DNA from: an uncultured Acidobacteriota bacterium
GTDB lineage: Bacteria; Acidobacteriota; Vicinamibacteria; Vicinamibacterales; UBA2999
DNA: 64,000 bases
Assembly: GCA_963807405.1 (NCBI GenBank)
Contig: CAWEBU010000003.1
Coordinates: forward strand, 422,158 to 486,157
Reading direction: 5' to 3'
Shown: in pieces, positions 11,242-20,036 of the stretch
Layout: every line of letters begins with the position of its first letter
Numbering within the stretch: the stretch's first letter is position 1
Program-made: the position numbers and the translations under genes
Notes under the pieces: model-generated
Told to the model about the DNA's origin: nothing
The model's input: the letters and a program-made list of their open reading frames with translations, nothing else
The model's database searches: none

Positions 11242-12144
11242 ATGATGAAGCGCGTTCTCCTGTTCGCGGCCACCAACATCGCGATCCTGCTCGCCATCTC
11301 GATCATCCTGAGCCTGCTCGGCATCGGCGGCTACCGCCTGCCCGGTGGCGGGCTCGACTACGGCGCCTTGATGGTCTTCTGCCTCATGTGGGGCATGGTC
11401 GGTTCGTTCATCTCACTGCAGCTCTCGCGCTGGATGGCCAAGCGCATGACGGGCCTGCAGCTGGTCGACGGCAAGACAGGGAACGAGGAAGCGGACTGGG
11501 TCTACCGCACCGTGGAGCGTCTGACCACCCAGGCGCAGCTGCCGATGCCGGAAGTGGGCATCTACAACTCCCCCGAGGTCAACGCCTTCGCCACCGGCCC
11601 GAGCAAGTCGCGCAGCCTGGTGGCGGTGTCGACGGGCCTGCTCCGGGGCATGAAGCGTGAAGAGACCGAAGCGGTGCTGGCGCACGAGGTCTCGCACATC
11701 GGCAACGGCGACATGGTCACGATGACCCTCATCCAGGGCGTGGTCAACGCCTTCGTGATGTTCGCCTCGATCGTCGTCGCCAACATCGTCCGCCAGATGA
11801 TCCAGGGCAACCGCGACGACCGCGGCGGCGGGGGCGGCGGCTACATGATCGAGTTCATGGTCCGCATGGTGCTGCAGGTGGCCTTCGGCTTCCTCGGTAT
11901 GTTCGTGGTGGGCTGGTTCTCGCGGTCGCGGGAGTTCCGCGCCGATGCCGGCGCGGCGTCCCTGTCCGGACGCCAGGGCATGATCGCCGCGCTGCGCCGC
12001 CTGCAGGGCAGCCAGGCACTCGTCGAAGACCACGAGCCGGCGCTGGCGACGATGAAGATCTCCGGCGGCAAGAGCTGGTTGTCGCTCGCCGCGACCCATC
12101 CGCCCCTCGAAGACCGCATCGCGGCGCTCGAGAACCTGCGATGA
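11242..12144 (+). CDS. htpX: Zinc metalloprotease HtpX (M48)
   Basis: MKRVLLFAATN N-terminus, NAFATG, AHEVSH, SREFRAD, THPPLEDRI. Confidence 0.95.
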   Translation: MMKRVLLFAATNIAILLAISIILSLLGIGGYRLPGGGLDYGALMVFCLMWGMVGSFISLQLSRWMAKRMTGLQLVDGKTGNEEADWVYRTVERLTTQAQLPMPEVGIYNSPEVNAFATGPSKSRSLVAVSTGLLRGMKREETEAVLAHEVSHIGNGDMVTMTLIQGVVNAFVMFASIVVANIVRQMIQGNRDDRGGGGGGYMIEFMVRMVLQVAFGFLGMFVVGWFSRSREFRADAGAASLSGRQGMIAALRRLQGSQALVEDHEPALATMKISGGKSWLSLAATHPPLEDRIAALENLR

Positions 12145-12635
12145 GCGCCGGTCGCGTTCGTGCCGGGCTCGGGATCTGCACGGCCGCCCTGGTGGCGGCC
12201 GTGAGCCTGCTGTCGACTCCCGCCGTGGCGCAGACGCCCGATCATCAGGCGGCCCGCGCCGCCGTCGAGCACTTCCTCGACGTGCTCGGCAAGCGCCAGC
12301 TCGAGGCCCTGCCGGCGCTCTTCGACCCCAAGGCCACGATGGTGGTGGTGCGGCAGCGTGACGGGCAGTGGAGCCACACGGTGTCCACCGCCGACGAGTT
12401 CGTCGCCACGCTCAAGGGCCAGGCCAACCCGACGACGTTCACCGAGCCGCTGACCAACGTCAGTGTCCATGTCGAGGACGGCCGCCTGGCGTTCGTCCGC
12501 GCGGACTTCACGGTGGTCATCGGCGGTGAGGTCCGCTCGCACGGCGTGGACTACTTCACGCTCGTGAAGGACGGCGGCGCGTGGAAGCTGGTGAACGGGT
12601 CCTACACGTCGAAGACCGGCGCCCCGCCGAAGTAG
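12141..12635 (+). CDS. NTF2/SnoaL-like fold secreted protein
   Basis: Signal peptide; HGVDYFTLVKDGGAWKLV pattern; ATGA overlap with htpX. Confidence 0.75.
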   Translation: MSAGRVRAGLGICTAALVAAVSLLSTPAVAQTPDHQAARAAVEHFLDVLGKRQLEALPALFDPKATMVVVRQRDGQWSHTVSTADEFVATLKGQANPTTFTEPLTNVSVHVEDGRLAFVRADFTVVIGGEVRSHGVDYFTLVKDGGAWKLVNGSYTSKTGAPPK

Positions 12636-12694
12636 CCAGATCTGCGCGCGGACGCGGCATAGAATAGCGGCACGGCCGGGAGCCGTGTCCGCAC

Positions 12695-13930
12695 ATGATT
12701 GCCGAAACCATCCACGCCGAAGGCCACCTCATCGACTCGGGTGACCTGCAGGCCATCCTGACCACGGTCGTCGCACACGAAGCGACCTACGAGATCCTTC
12801 ACTTCGATGTCGGGCGCACCAACGCCGACGTCTCGCGTCTCTCGATGCAGGTGTCGACGGCCTCCCAGGAGGCGCTCGACCACCTGCTGGGCACGCTCTC
12901 GACCTTCGGCTGCTACGTCAAAGGCGCCCCGGACGCGGTCGCGCGGGTCAACGACATCGCCGGCGCGGCGCCGATCGACTTCTACTCGACGACCAACCAC
13001 CTGACCCAGATACTGATCGGCGGGGCATGGGTGACCGTCGAGTCGCAGCGCATGGACGCCGCGATCGTGGTCGACGGCACGCGGGCGTTCTGCCGCAAGC
13101 TGCGCGACCTCCAGCAGGGTGACCGCGTCGTGTGCGGCATGCAGGGCATCCGCGTGAAGCCGGATCTGCAGGACCGCGACAAGCCGACGTTCGGCTTCAT
13201 GAGCAACGACGTGTCGTCGGAGCGCCGGGTCGAAGTGGCCGTGGCGCGGGTGGCGGCGCTGCTGCGCGAGGCACGGGCGAGCGGCGGCAAGATCGCGTTC
13301 GTCGCCGGGCCGGTCGTCGTGCACACGGGCGGCGTCGAGTACTTCAGCGAGCTCATCACGCACGGCTTCGTCGATGTCATCCTGGCCGGCAACGCCCTGG
13401 CCGTGCACGACATCGAGGCCGCGCTCTCGGGCACCTCGCTCGGCATCGATCTCGATACCGGCCGGCCGGTCGAACACGGCCACCGCAACCACATGCGCGC
13501 CATCAACGCCATCCGCCGTGCCGGGGGAATCGGGGCCGCCGTGACCTCGGGCCTGCTGACGCGCGGCGTGATGCACGCCTGCCACGTGCACGGCGTGCCC
13601 TACGTGCTGGCCGGCTCCATTCGCGACGACGGTCCGCTGCCGGAAACGGTGATGGACCTCGCCGAAGCCCAGAATCTCTACGCCGCCGCCCTGGCGCCCG
13701 TGACCGTCGTCATCATGCTGTCGTCGATGCTGCACAGCATCGGCGTCGGCAACATGGTGCCGTCATGGGTCAAGGTGGTCTCGGTCGATATCAACCCCGC
13801 CGTCGTCACCAAGCTGAGCGACCGCGGCTCGACGCAGACGATCGGCGTCGTCACCGACGTCGGGCTGTTCCTGCACCAGCTCGCCGTCGCCCTGCGAGGC
13901 ACTGATCCCGATGTTCACGACGCTGATTGA
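12695..13930 (+). CDS. TIGR00300/LOR-SDH family protein (putative ornithine cyclodeaminase)
   Basis: EGHLIDSG, FYSTTNH, FGFMSNDVSSER, GNALAVHDIE, LAGSIRDDGPLP, TKLSDRGS. Confidence 0.9.
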   Translation: MIAETIHAEGHLIDSGDLQAILTTVVAHEATYEILHFDVGRTNADVSRLSMQVSTASQEALDHLLGTLSTFGCYVKGAPDAVARVNDIAGAAPIDFYSTTNHLTQILIGGAWVTVESQRMDAAIVVDGTRAFCRKLRDLQQGDRVVCGMQGIRVKPDLQDRDKPTFGFMSNDVSSERRVEVAVARVAALLREARASGGKIAFVAGPVVVHTGGVEYFSELITHGFVDVILAGNALAVHDIEAALSGTSLGIDLDTGRPVEHGHRNHMRAINAIRRAGGIGAAVTSGLLTRGVMHACHVHGVPYVLAGSIRDDGPLPETVMDLAEAQNLYAAALAPVTVVIMLSSMLHSIGVGNMVPSWVKVVSVDINPAVVTKLSDRGSTQTIGVVTDVGLFLHQLAVALRGTDPDVHDAD

Positions 13931-14759
13931 TCCGCAGACACTCGCCGCTCACCTCGCCGATCCGCGCTGGGTCGTGCTCGACGCCCGCTTCGATCTGACG
14001 GCGCCCGAGCGCGGCGAGGCCCTCTACCGCGAAGGGCACATCCCCGGCGCCCGCTACGTCAGCCTGGATGCGCACCTGTCGGGCGACAAGTCGGGCACGA
14101 GCGGCCGGCATCCGCTGCCGGCTCCCGAGGTGGCGGCCGACCGTTTCGGCGCGCTCGGCATCGGCCCGACCAGCCAGGTCGTGCTCTACGACGCCGACAT
14201 GGGGATGTTCGCGGCCCGTGGCTGGTGGATGCTGCGCTGGCTCGGCCACCAGGCGGTGGCGGTGCTCGATGGCGGGCTGGCGGCCTGGCAACGGGCCGGC
14301 CTGCCGGTGACCGCTGCCGAAGAGCGCTGGACGCCGGCCCGGTTCGACGCCCGCCTGGCGGACGACCGGCGCGTCCCGGCCAGCGACGTCGAGGCCCATC
14401 TCGGCGAGACCGCCCGCATCCTCGTCGACGCGCGCGCCAATGACCGTTTCCGTGGCGAGAACGAGACGCTGGATCCGGTGGGCGGCCATATCCCCGGCGC
14501 CGTGAACCGCTTCTTCCAGGCCAATCTGACCGCCGAGAAGACGTTCAAGCCAGCCACCGCGCTGCGCGACGAGTGGTCGTCCATCGTGGGGGGGCCCGAT
14601 GCCTCGAACGTGGTGATGTACTGCGGCTCCGGCGTCACCGCCTGCCACAACCTCCTCGCCCTCGAACACGCCGGCCTCCAGGGCGCGCGCCTGTTTCCCG
14701 GCTCGTGGAGCGAGTGGTGCGCCGTGCCCGACCGTCCGCGCGCCACCGGCGACTTGTAA
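13911..14759 (+). CDS. Tandem-rhodanese sulfurtransferase (SseA/3-MST-like)
   Basis: GHIPGA twice, GRHPLP, YCGSGVTAC, GSWSEW; stop codon lies inside a REP copy. Confidence 0.92.
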   Translation: MFTTLIDPQTLAAHLADPRWVVLDARFDLTAPERGEALYREGHIPGARYVSLDAHLSGDKSGTSGRHPLPAPEVAADRFGALGIGPTSQVVLYDADMGMFAARGWWMLRWLGHQAVAVLDGGLAAWQRAGLPVTAAEERWTPARFDARLADDRRVPASDVEAHLGETARILVDARANDRFRGENETLDPVGGHIPGAVNRFFQANLTAEKTFKPATALRDEWSSIVGGPDASNVVMYCGSGVTACHNLLALEHAGLQGARLFPGSWSEWCAVPDRPRATGDL

Positions 14760-14884
14760 CGGGGTCTGTCACGGTCAGGAGTTGTAACGGGGTCTGTCAC
14801 CGTCTCCGCCCGACCCGATCCTTTGGGGGTGGTGACGGTGACAGACCCCGTTACAACTCCTGACCGTGACAGACCCCGTTACAA
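14754..14884. repeat. REP/REPIN cluster 2 (2 forward + 2 reverse)
   Basis: Forward copies at 14754 and 14782; reverse copies at 14838 and 14866. Confidence 0.92.
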
Positions 14885-14994
14885 CTCCAACTGCGCCGGC
14901 GTCGCCGCTCGTCCCAGGCAACGCGCGGCCGGTGCCAACGTTCCGGCGCGGCGCTCCGTCCAACCTCTCGATTGCCACTAATCGGGAGAACACC

Positions 14995-16164
14995 ATGAAT
15001 CTTCGTTTCGTTGCCGCCCTGGTCCTGGTCGCGTCCGCTGCCGCTGCCGCCAGCGCCACCGTCTTCGCTGCCGACGACCACCACCGGAGCGATGACGCCC
15101 TGCACGCCCACCTGCAGGACATCGCCCGCGACGTGCGGCACGCCGTCCACGACAGCCTGCGCGAGGCGCGACACGAGATCGGCGCGACGATCCGCGAGGT
15201 CGCGCGCGAAGTGCGACGCTCGGTGCGGGGATCCCGCGAGCAGGCGGCGCGCGACTGGCAGAGCGACCGCGTCGAGCGCGAAGTGGCCCGGGCACGCGCC
15301 CGCGAGGTCCGTGCACGCGCCCGCGAAGTCCGTGAGCACGATCGCGACGTCCGCGAACGCACGCGGACGGAGGAACGCGATGCCCGCGACCGCGAGCGCG
15401 CGGCGCGCGCCTTCCGCCAGGTGTCCCCCACCGACGATCCGTGCGCCGACCGCCGCGGCGACCGTGACCGTGGCCACGCCTGCGAGGTCCGCGACACGCG
15501 CCTCGGGGCGCCCGGCAGCGCGCTCGCGGTAGACGCGACGCCGAACGGCGGCATCCGCGTCGAGGGCTGGGACCAGCCGGACGTGCTCGTGCGAGCCGTC
15601 GTGCAGACGTGGGCCGAGACCGACGCCGAGGCCCAGCAGCTGCTGACCGCCGTGCGCGTCAATGCCGCCGGCGCCCGCGTGACGGCCGAGGGGCCGGCTC
15701 GGGAAGACGGCCGGCGCCGGCATGGCTGGTCGGTCAGCTACCGGATCTGGGCGCCCCGCCAGACGGCCCTCGATCTCGTCGCCCGCAACGGCGGGGTCTC
15801 TGTCGTCGCCATGCAGGGCGACGCCCGCTTCACGACCACCAACGGCGGCGTGACGCTCGACGATATCGCCGGACACTTCGTGGGCCGCACGTCGAATGGC
15901 GGTGTCACCGTCCGTCTCTCCGGGGCACGCTGGGAAGGCGCCGGCCTCGACGTCGAGACGACCAACGGCGGCGTCAACCTGACGCTGCCGCGCGACTACT
16001 CCGCCGCCCTCGAGGTCAGCACCGTCAACGGCGGACTGCGCTCCGACTTCCCGGTCGCCCTGCCCGACGGCCGCCCGCGCGACCTCCGCACGACCCTCGG
16101 CAGTGGCGGGCCGCTCATCAAGGTGCGCACGGTCAACGGCGGTGTCAGACTGTCGGCGCGCTGA
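14995..16164 (+). CDS. DUF4097-like (adhesin-like beta-repeat) secreted protein with charged helical N-region
   Basis: GGGAGA RBS; signal peptide; repeated (T/V)xNGG(V/I) motifs. Confidence 0.8.
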   Translation: MNLRFVAALVLVASAAAAASATVFAADDHHRSDDALHAHLQDIARDVRHAVHDSLREARHEIGATIREVAREVRRSVRGSREQAARDWQSDRVEREVARARAREVRARAREVREHDRDVRERTRTEERDARDRERAARAFRQVSPTDDPCADRRGDRDRGHACEVRDTRLGAPGSALAVDATPNGGIRVEGWDQPDVLVRAVVQTWAETDAEAQQLLTAVRVNAAGARVTAEGPAREDGRRRHGWSVSYRIWAPRQTALDLVARNGGVSVVAMQGDARFTTTNGGVTLDDIAGHFVGRTSNGGVTVRLSGARWEGAGLDVETTNGGVNLTLPRDYSAALEVSTVNGGLRSDFPVALPDGRPRDLRTTLGSGGPLIKVRTVNGGVRLSAR

Positions 16165-16203
16165 GGCGCGCCCCTCCACTGGGCGCGTGAGACGAGTCGG
16201 GGA

Positions 16204-16288
16204 GGGGTGTCTCCGGGGATGTCCCCGGGGAGATGTCTCCGGGGTCTGTCACCATCGTCAAATGTCTTCGTGACAGACCCCGTTACAA
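16204..16288. repeat. REP cluster 3 (degenerate forward units, one partial forward core, one full reverse copy)
   Basis: GGGGTCTGTCAC at 16241; full reverse copy at 16270-16288. Confidence 0.8.
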
Positions 16289-16295
16289 TTGGCCG

Positions 16296-16787
16296 ATGGC
16301 GCGGATCGTCGGTATCTGGGTGAAGCGGAGCCATGGCGGCGTCATGGACGCGCGCGAGGCCGGGCGGCTGGTCGAGGGACGGGGCCTCGAGGGCAACGCG
16401 ACCCAGGGCGGCCGCCGCCAGGTCACGATCATGGCGCTCGATCGCTGGCGCGCGCTGACCGCCCACCTGCCGGGTCCGCCCGACCCGGCGATCCGGCGCG
16501 CCAACCTGCTGGTCGAGGGCATCGACCTCGAGGACGCGCGCGGGCGCGTGCTGGCGGTGGGCGATGCGCGCGTGCGGATCTTCGGCGAGACCCGGCCCTG
16601 TCACCAGATGGACGAAGCCTGCCCGGGCCTGCTGGCGGCGCTCTCCCCGCCGTGGGGCGGCGGGGCGTTCGGCGAGGTGCTGACGGGGGGCGCCATCCAC
16701 GTCGGCAGCACGGTGGCGTGGGAGCCGGCGACGGCGACGGGCGCCGTCACAGCCCGAAGAACGCCATCCCCAGCCACGACCGGATGA
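16296..16787 (+). CDS. MOSC domain protein
   Basis: GLEGN, RQVTI, RRANLLVEG, ETRPCHQMD. Confidence 0.85.
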   Translation: MARIVGIWVKRSHGGVMDAREAGRLVEGRGLEGNATQGGRRQVTIMALDRWRALTAHLPGPPDPAIRRANLLVEGIDLEDARGRVLAVGDARVRIFGETRPCHQMDEACPGLLAALSPPWGGGAFGEVLTGGAIHVGSTVAWEPATATGAVTARRTPSPATTG

Positions 16788-17424
16788 TCTCGAGGTGCGG
16801 CTTGACGAGGAGCCGATTCGCCGCCGGGGCATCGGGCAACGTCACCTCCGGGACCTGCAGGCTGGTGTCGCGTGCCACCCGCTCCAGGCGACGCTCGAGG
16901 TCACGCGCGTCGTAGCGCACCGCGTCGAGACCGGCCGCCTGATACACCCGCAGGCGCACCCACGAGAACTCGTCGCGCGAGAAGCCCGCGGCGTTCATCG
17001 CCGCCACCTGCGCACGCCAGGCATCCAGATAGAGATCCGACAGGCCGGTCACGCCGTCCAGCAGTTCGGAGAGCGACGGCACGCGGGCCGGTTCGTCAGG
17101 CGCCCGCCGCGTCAGCTCGCGATAGCGGGCGGCAAAGGCCTCGCCGGGCGTGCCGAGCGCCGTGCGCACGGCCTCCTGCACGGTGATGAAGCGCGCCAGT
17201 TGATCGGCGGTGAGCTCTCCGGACGACGGCGGCTCGAAGGGATCGGTGTGGACCAGCTCGCGGTCGATGTCGACCGCGTCGCCGAGCCGCGCGACGCCGG
17301 CTTTCATGTCGGACACCGTCGTGACGATCGGCTCGACGTAGTTCCAGGCGAGGTAGCCGGTGACGCCGGCGACGGCGCCGAGCAGCAGGAGGCCGGACAG
17401 GCATCCCGCCATGAACTGTGTCAT
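16747..17424 (-). CDS. Hypothetical membrane-anchored protein
   Basis: N-terminal TM (GCLSGLLLLG), host-like codon usage, TACTAT-N6-ATG upstream. Confidence 0.7.
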   Translation of the reverse strand: MTQFMAGCLSGLLLLGAVAGVTGYLAWNYVEPIVTTVSDMKAGVARLGDAVDIDRELVHTDPFEPPSSGELTADQLARFITVQEAVRTALGTPGEAFAARYRELTRRAPDEPARVPSLSELLDGVTGLSDLYLDAWRAQVAAMNAAGFSRDEFSWVRLRVYQAAGLDAVRYDARDLERRLERVARDTSLQVPEVTLPDAPAANRLLVKPHLEIIRSWLGMAFFGL

Positions 17425-17458
17425 GGCGCGATAGTACCAGCGGCGTGCCCCGCGGCGC

Positions 17459-19939
17459 TCAGACCTCGCCGCGCATCGCCTCGGTCGGGTCGATGGTCGT
17501 CGCGCGGCGGGCCGGAATCGCGCTCGCCGCCACCGCCACGAGCACGAGCACCAGGCTGACGACCGCGAGCGTCAGCGGATCGGTCGGCGCCACCCCGTAG
17601 AGCAGCGAGCCGAGCGCCCGCGTCAGCGCGTAGGAGGCGACGAGCCCGACACCCAGACCTGCCGCGGCCATCACGAGTCCCTCACGAATCACCGCCCACC
17701 GCAGTTCCCCGGGCGCCGCGCCCAGGGCCATGCGAATGCCCAGCTCCCGGGTCCGCCGGGCCACGCTGTAGTTGAGCACGCCGTGCACGCCGACGGCCGC
17801 CAGCACGAGCGCCATCGCCGCGAACACCCCGAGCAGCAACGTCGCGAAGCGCTGCTCGCCGATCGACCGGGAGAAGGTGTCGGTCAGCGGCTCCACGCCG
17901 AAAACCGCCAGCTGCGGGTCACGGTCGTGAATCACCCGCGTGGCCGACGTCGCGAGCGTCGTCGGGTCGAGCGAGGTCCGGAGCAGCAGCACGCCGGCGC
18001 CGGAGGCGGAGGGCGCCTGGCTGAGCGGCACGTAGACGGCAATCGGCGACGGCTCGGTGACGCCCTGGAAGCGCTCGTCACGGGTGATGCCGACGATGGT
18101 CCGGTCGACGCCCCAGAACGACACCTGCTCGCCGAGCGGATCGCGGGTGCCGAAGAGGCGTCGGGCCGCCGTCTCGTTGATGAGCACCACCGGCGTTCCC
18201 GCCGTCTGGTCGCTCTCGGCCAGCGCCCGGCCCCGGGCCACACTCAGCCCGACCGTGTCGAAGTAGCCGGGCGACACCCGGCGCACCGAGATCTCGGGAA
18301 ACCGCTCGTCGCGTCGCCCGACGATGCCGAACGAGTTGGTGAAGCCTGGGTCCAGCGGATGGTTGCCGGCGATGGCCGCGGCCGAGACGCCGGGGAGCGC
18401 GCGTGCCGCCTCCAGCAGAGCGCGGTTGAAGGCGTGCTGCTCCTTGAAGTCGGGGAAGACGCGGAAGTCGGCCGGGTAGCGCGAGCTCGGCAACTGGAAC
18501 TCGGCCTTCAGCACGCCGGCCGACGAGAAGCCGGCGTCCACCTGCTGGATCTGCCACAGCGTCTGGATGAGGAGACCGGCGCCGGTGACGAGGACGACCG
18601 CCAGCGCCATCTCCGCGACGACGAGTGCCGTGCGCGTGCGCTGTGCCGTCACGCCGCCCGTGGCGCGCCCGCCGCCCTCGGCCGTGAGCGCCGTCTGCGG
18701 CTCGACGCCGAGCGCCTGCAGCGCCGGGACCAGGCCGAAGACGATGCCGGCCACGAGCGCCGCCAGCGCGGTGATGCCGAGCACCCGCAGGTCGATCGAC
18801 ACGGAATCGAGGCGCGGCAGGTTGGCCGGCGCCTGCGCCAGGAGCACGCGCAGCACCGCGAACGCCAGGGCCACGCCGGCCAGCGCCCCGGCCGCCGTCA
18901 TCACCAGCGTCTCGACGACCAGCTGGCGCGCCAGGCGCCACGCGCTCGAGCCGACCGACACGCGGATGGCGAACTCACGGCTGCGCGCGGCGCCCCGCGC
19001 GAGCAGCAGGTTGGCCACGTTGACGAGGGCCACGAGCAGGACGAGCGCGACGGCGCCCCACAACACGAGCAGCGCCGGACGGACGGGACCGAACACGACC
19101 GACTCGAGCGGCTCGACGAACACGCCGCGGCCGCGGTTCTCGGGAAAGGCCTGCTCGAGATCGGCGGCAATCGCCGCCAGCTCGGTCTGGGCGGCGGCCG
19201 CGGTCGCTGACGGCGCCAGGCGGCCCAGCACGAACAGCGGATGTGTCTGGCGCGGCCACTCCTCGACATCGGCCACGAGCGGGGTCCACACGTCGACGCC
19301 GACCCGCAACCCGCGATCCGCGAACGACCGGGCGTAGGCGGCCGACCCGAGCACCTGGTGGATGCCGAAGTCCGAGCCGTCCGCCACCACCCCGACGATC
19401 TCGTGCGGCAGGTCGTCGAGGTCGATCGTCTGGCCGACGATGTCGAGGCGCCGCTCGAACAGCCGGGCCCACAAGGCCTCGCTGATGACGGCGACCCGCT
19501 CCCGGCCCGGCTGCTCGTCGCCGGCACCGAACACGCGGCCGAGCCGCGTGGTCACGCCGACGAGCGGCAGGAACGACGACGACACCTGCAGCGAGGCCAG
19601 CCGGATCGGATCGCCCGCCGGCGGCGTCAGGTTCCGCTCGGTCGCCATGAAGGCGGCCAGGGACTGGAACTGACGGGTGCGGGCGCGGAAGTCGAGGTAG
19701 TCGGGCAGCGAGGCCGGTTCGCGCGTGGTGCCCGAGCCGCGGTCGGTCTCCCACACCATCATCACGCGGGCGGCATCCTCGATCGGCGTCCGCCTGAGCA
19801 GCACGCTGTCGACCACGCTGAAGACGGCCGCATTGAGGCCGATGCCGAGACCGAGGCTCAGCACGGCGGCCACGGCGAAGAGCGGCTGCGTGCGAAACTG
19901 GCGCAGCGCGAAGCGCAGGTCGGACAGAAGTCCTGTCAT
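17459..19939 (-). CDS. ABC permease, ADOP/MacB-FtsX duplicated type
   Basis: DLRFALRQ, LGLGIGLNAAVFS, NVANLLLAR, RRTRELGIRMALGA, PARRA..DP. Confidence 0.92.
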   Translation of the reverse strand: MTGLLSDLRFALRQFRTQPLFAVAAVLSLGLGIGLNAAVFSVVDSVLLRRTPIEDAARVMMVWETDRGSGTTREPASLPDYLDFRARTRQFQSLAAFMATERNLTPPAGDPIRLASLQVSSSFLPLVGVTTRLGRVFGAGDEQPGRERVAVISEALWARLFERRLDIVGQTIDLDDLPHEIVGVVADGSDFGIHQVLGSAAYARSFADRGLRVGVDVWTPLVADVEEWPRQTHPLFVLGRLAPSATAAAAQTELAAIAADLEQAFPENRGRGVFVEPLESVVFGPVRPALLVLWGAVALVLLVALVNVANLLLARGAARSREFAIRVSVGSSAWRLARQLVVETLVMTAAGALAGVALAFAVLRVLLAQAPANLPRLDSVSIDLRVLGITALAALVAGIVFGLVPALQALGVEPQTALTAEGGGRATGGVTAQRTRTALVVAEMALAVVLVTGAGLLIQTLWQIQQVDAGFSSAGVLKAEFQLPSSRYPADFRVFPDFKEQHAFNRALLEAARALPGVSAAAIAGNHPLDPGFTNSFGIVGRRDERFPEISVRRVSPGYFDTVGLSVARGRALAESDQTAGTPVVLINETAARRLFGTRDPLGEQVSFWGVDRTIVGITRDERFQGVTEPSPIAVYVPLSQAPSASGAGVLLLRTSLDPTTLATSATRVIHDRDPQLAVFGVEPLTDTFSRSIGEQRFATLLLGVFAAMALVLAAVGVHGVLNYSVARRTRELGIRMALGAAPGELRWAVIREGLVMAAAGLGVGLVASYALTRALGSLLYGVAPTDPLTLAVVSLVLVLVAVAASAIPARRATTIDPTEAMRGEV

Positions 19940-20036
19940 GTCACCCCACCCGGCGACTTAGATGGGCGGCCCGGTCAAAGGGTTGTGCCCGCCAGGAAGG
20001 CCATGCTACCCCGTCCGGAGGGCCGCCGGCCGGCCG

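Noticed and set aside
14775..14994. ORF-track starts and peptides such as MTDPVT, VTGSVTV, CNGVCH and DRPRYN at several loci
   Set aside because: These are translations of the DNA repeat. The real starts lie downstream (e.g. 14995, 16296, 49573, 53366).
15292..15333. 21-nt tandem duplication inside the DUF4097-like gene
   Set aside because: An in-frame repeat encoding a charged helix (ARAREVR). Ordinary low-complexity coding sequence.
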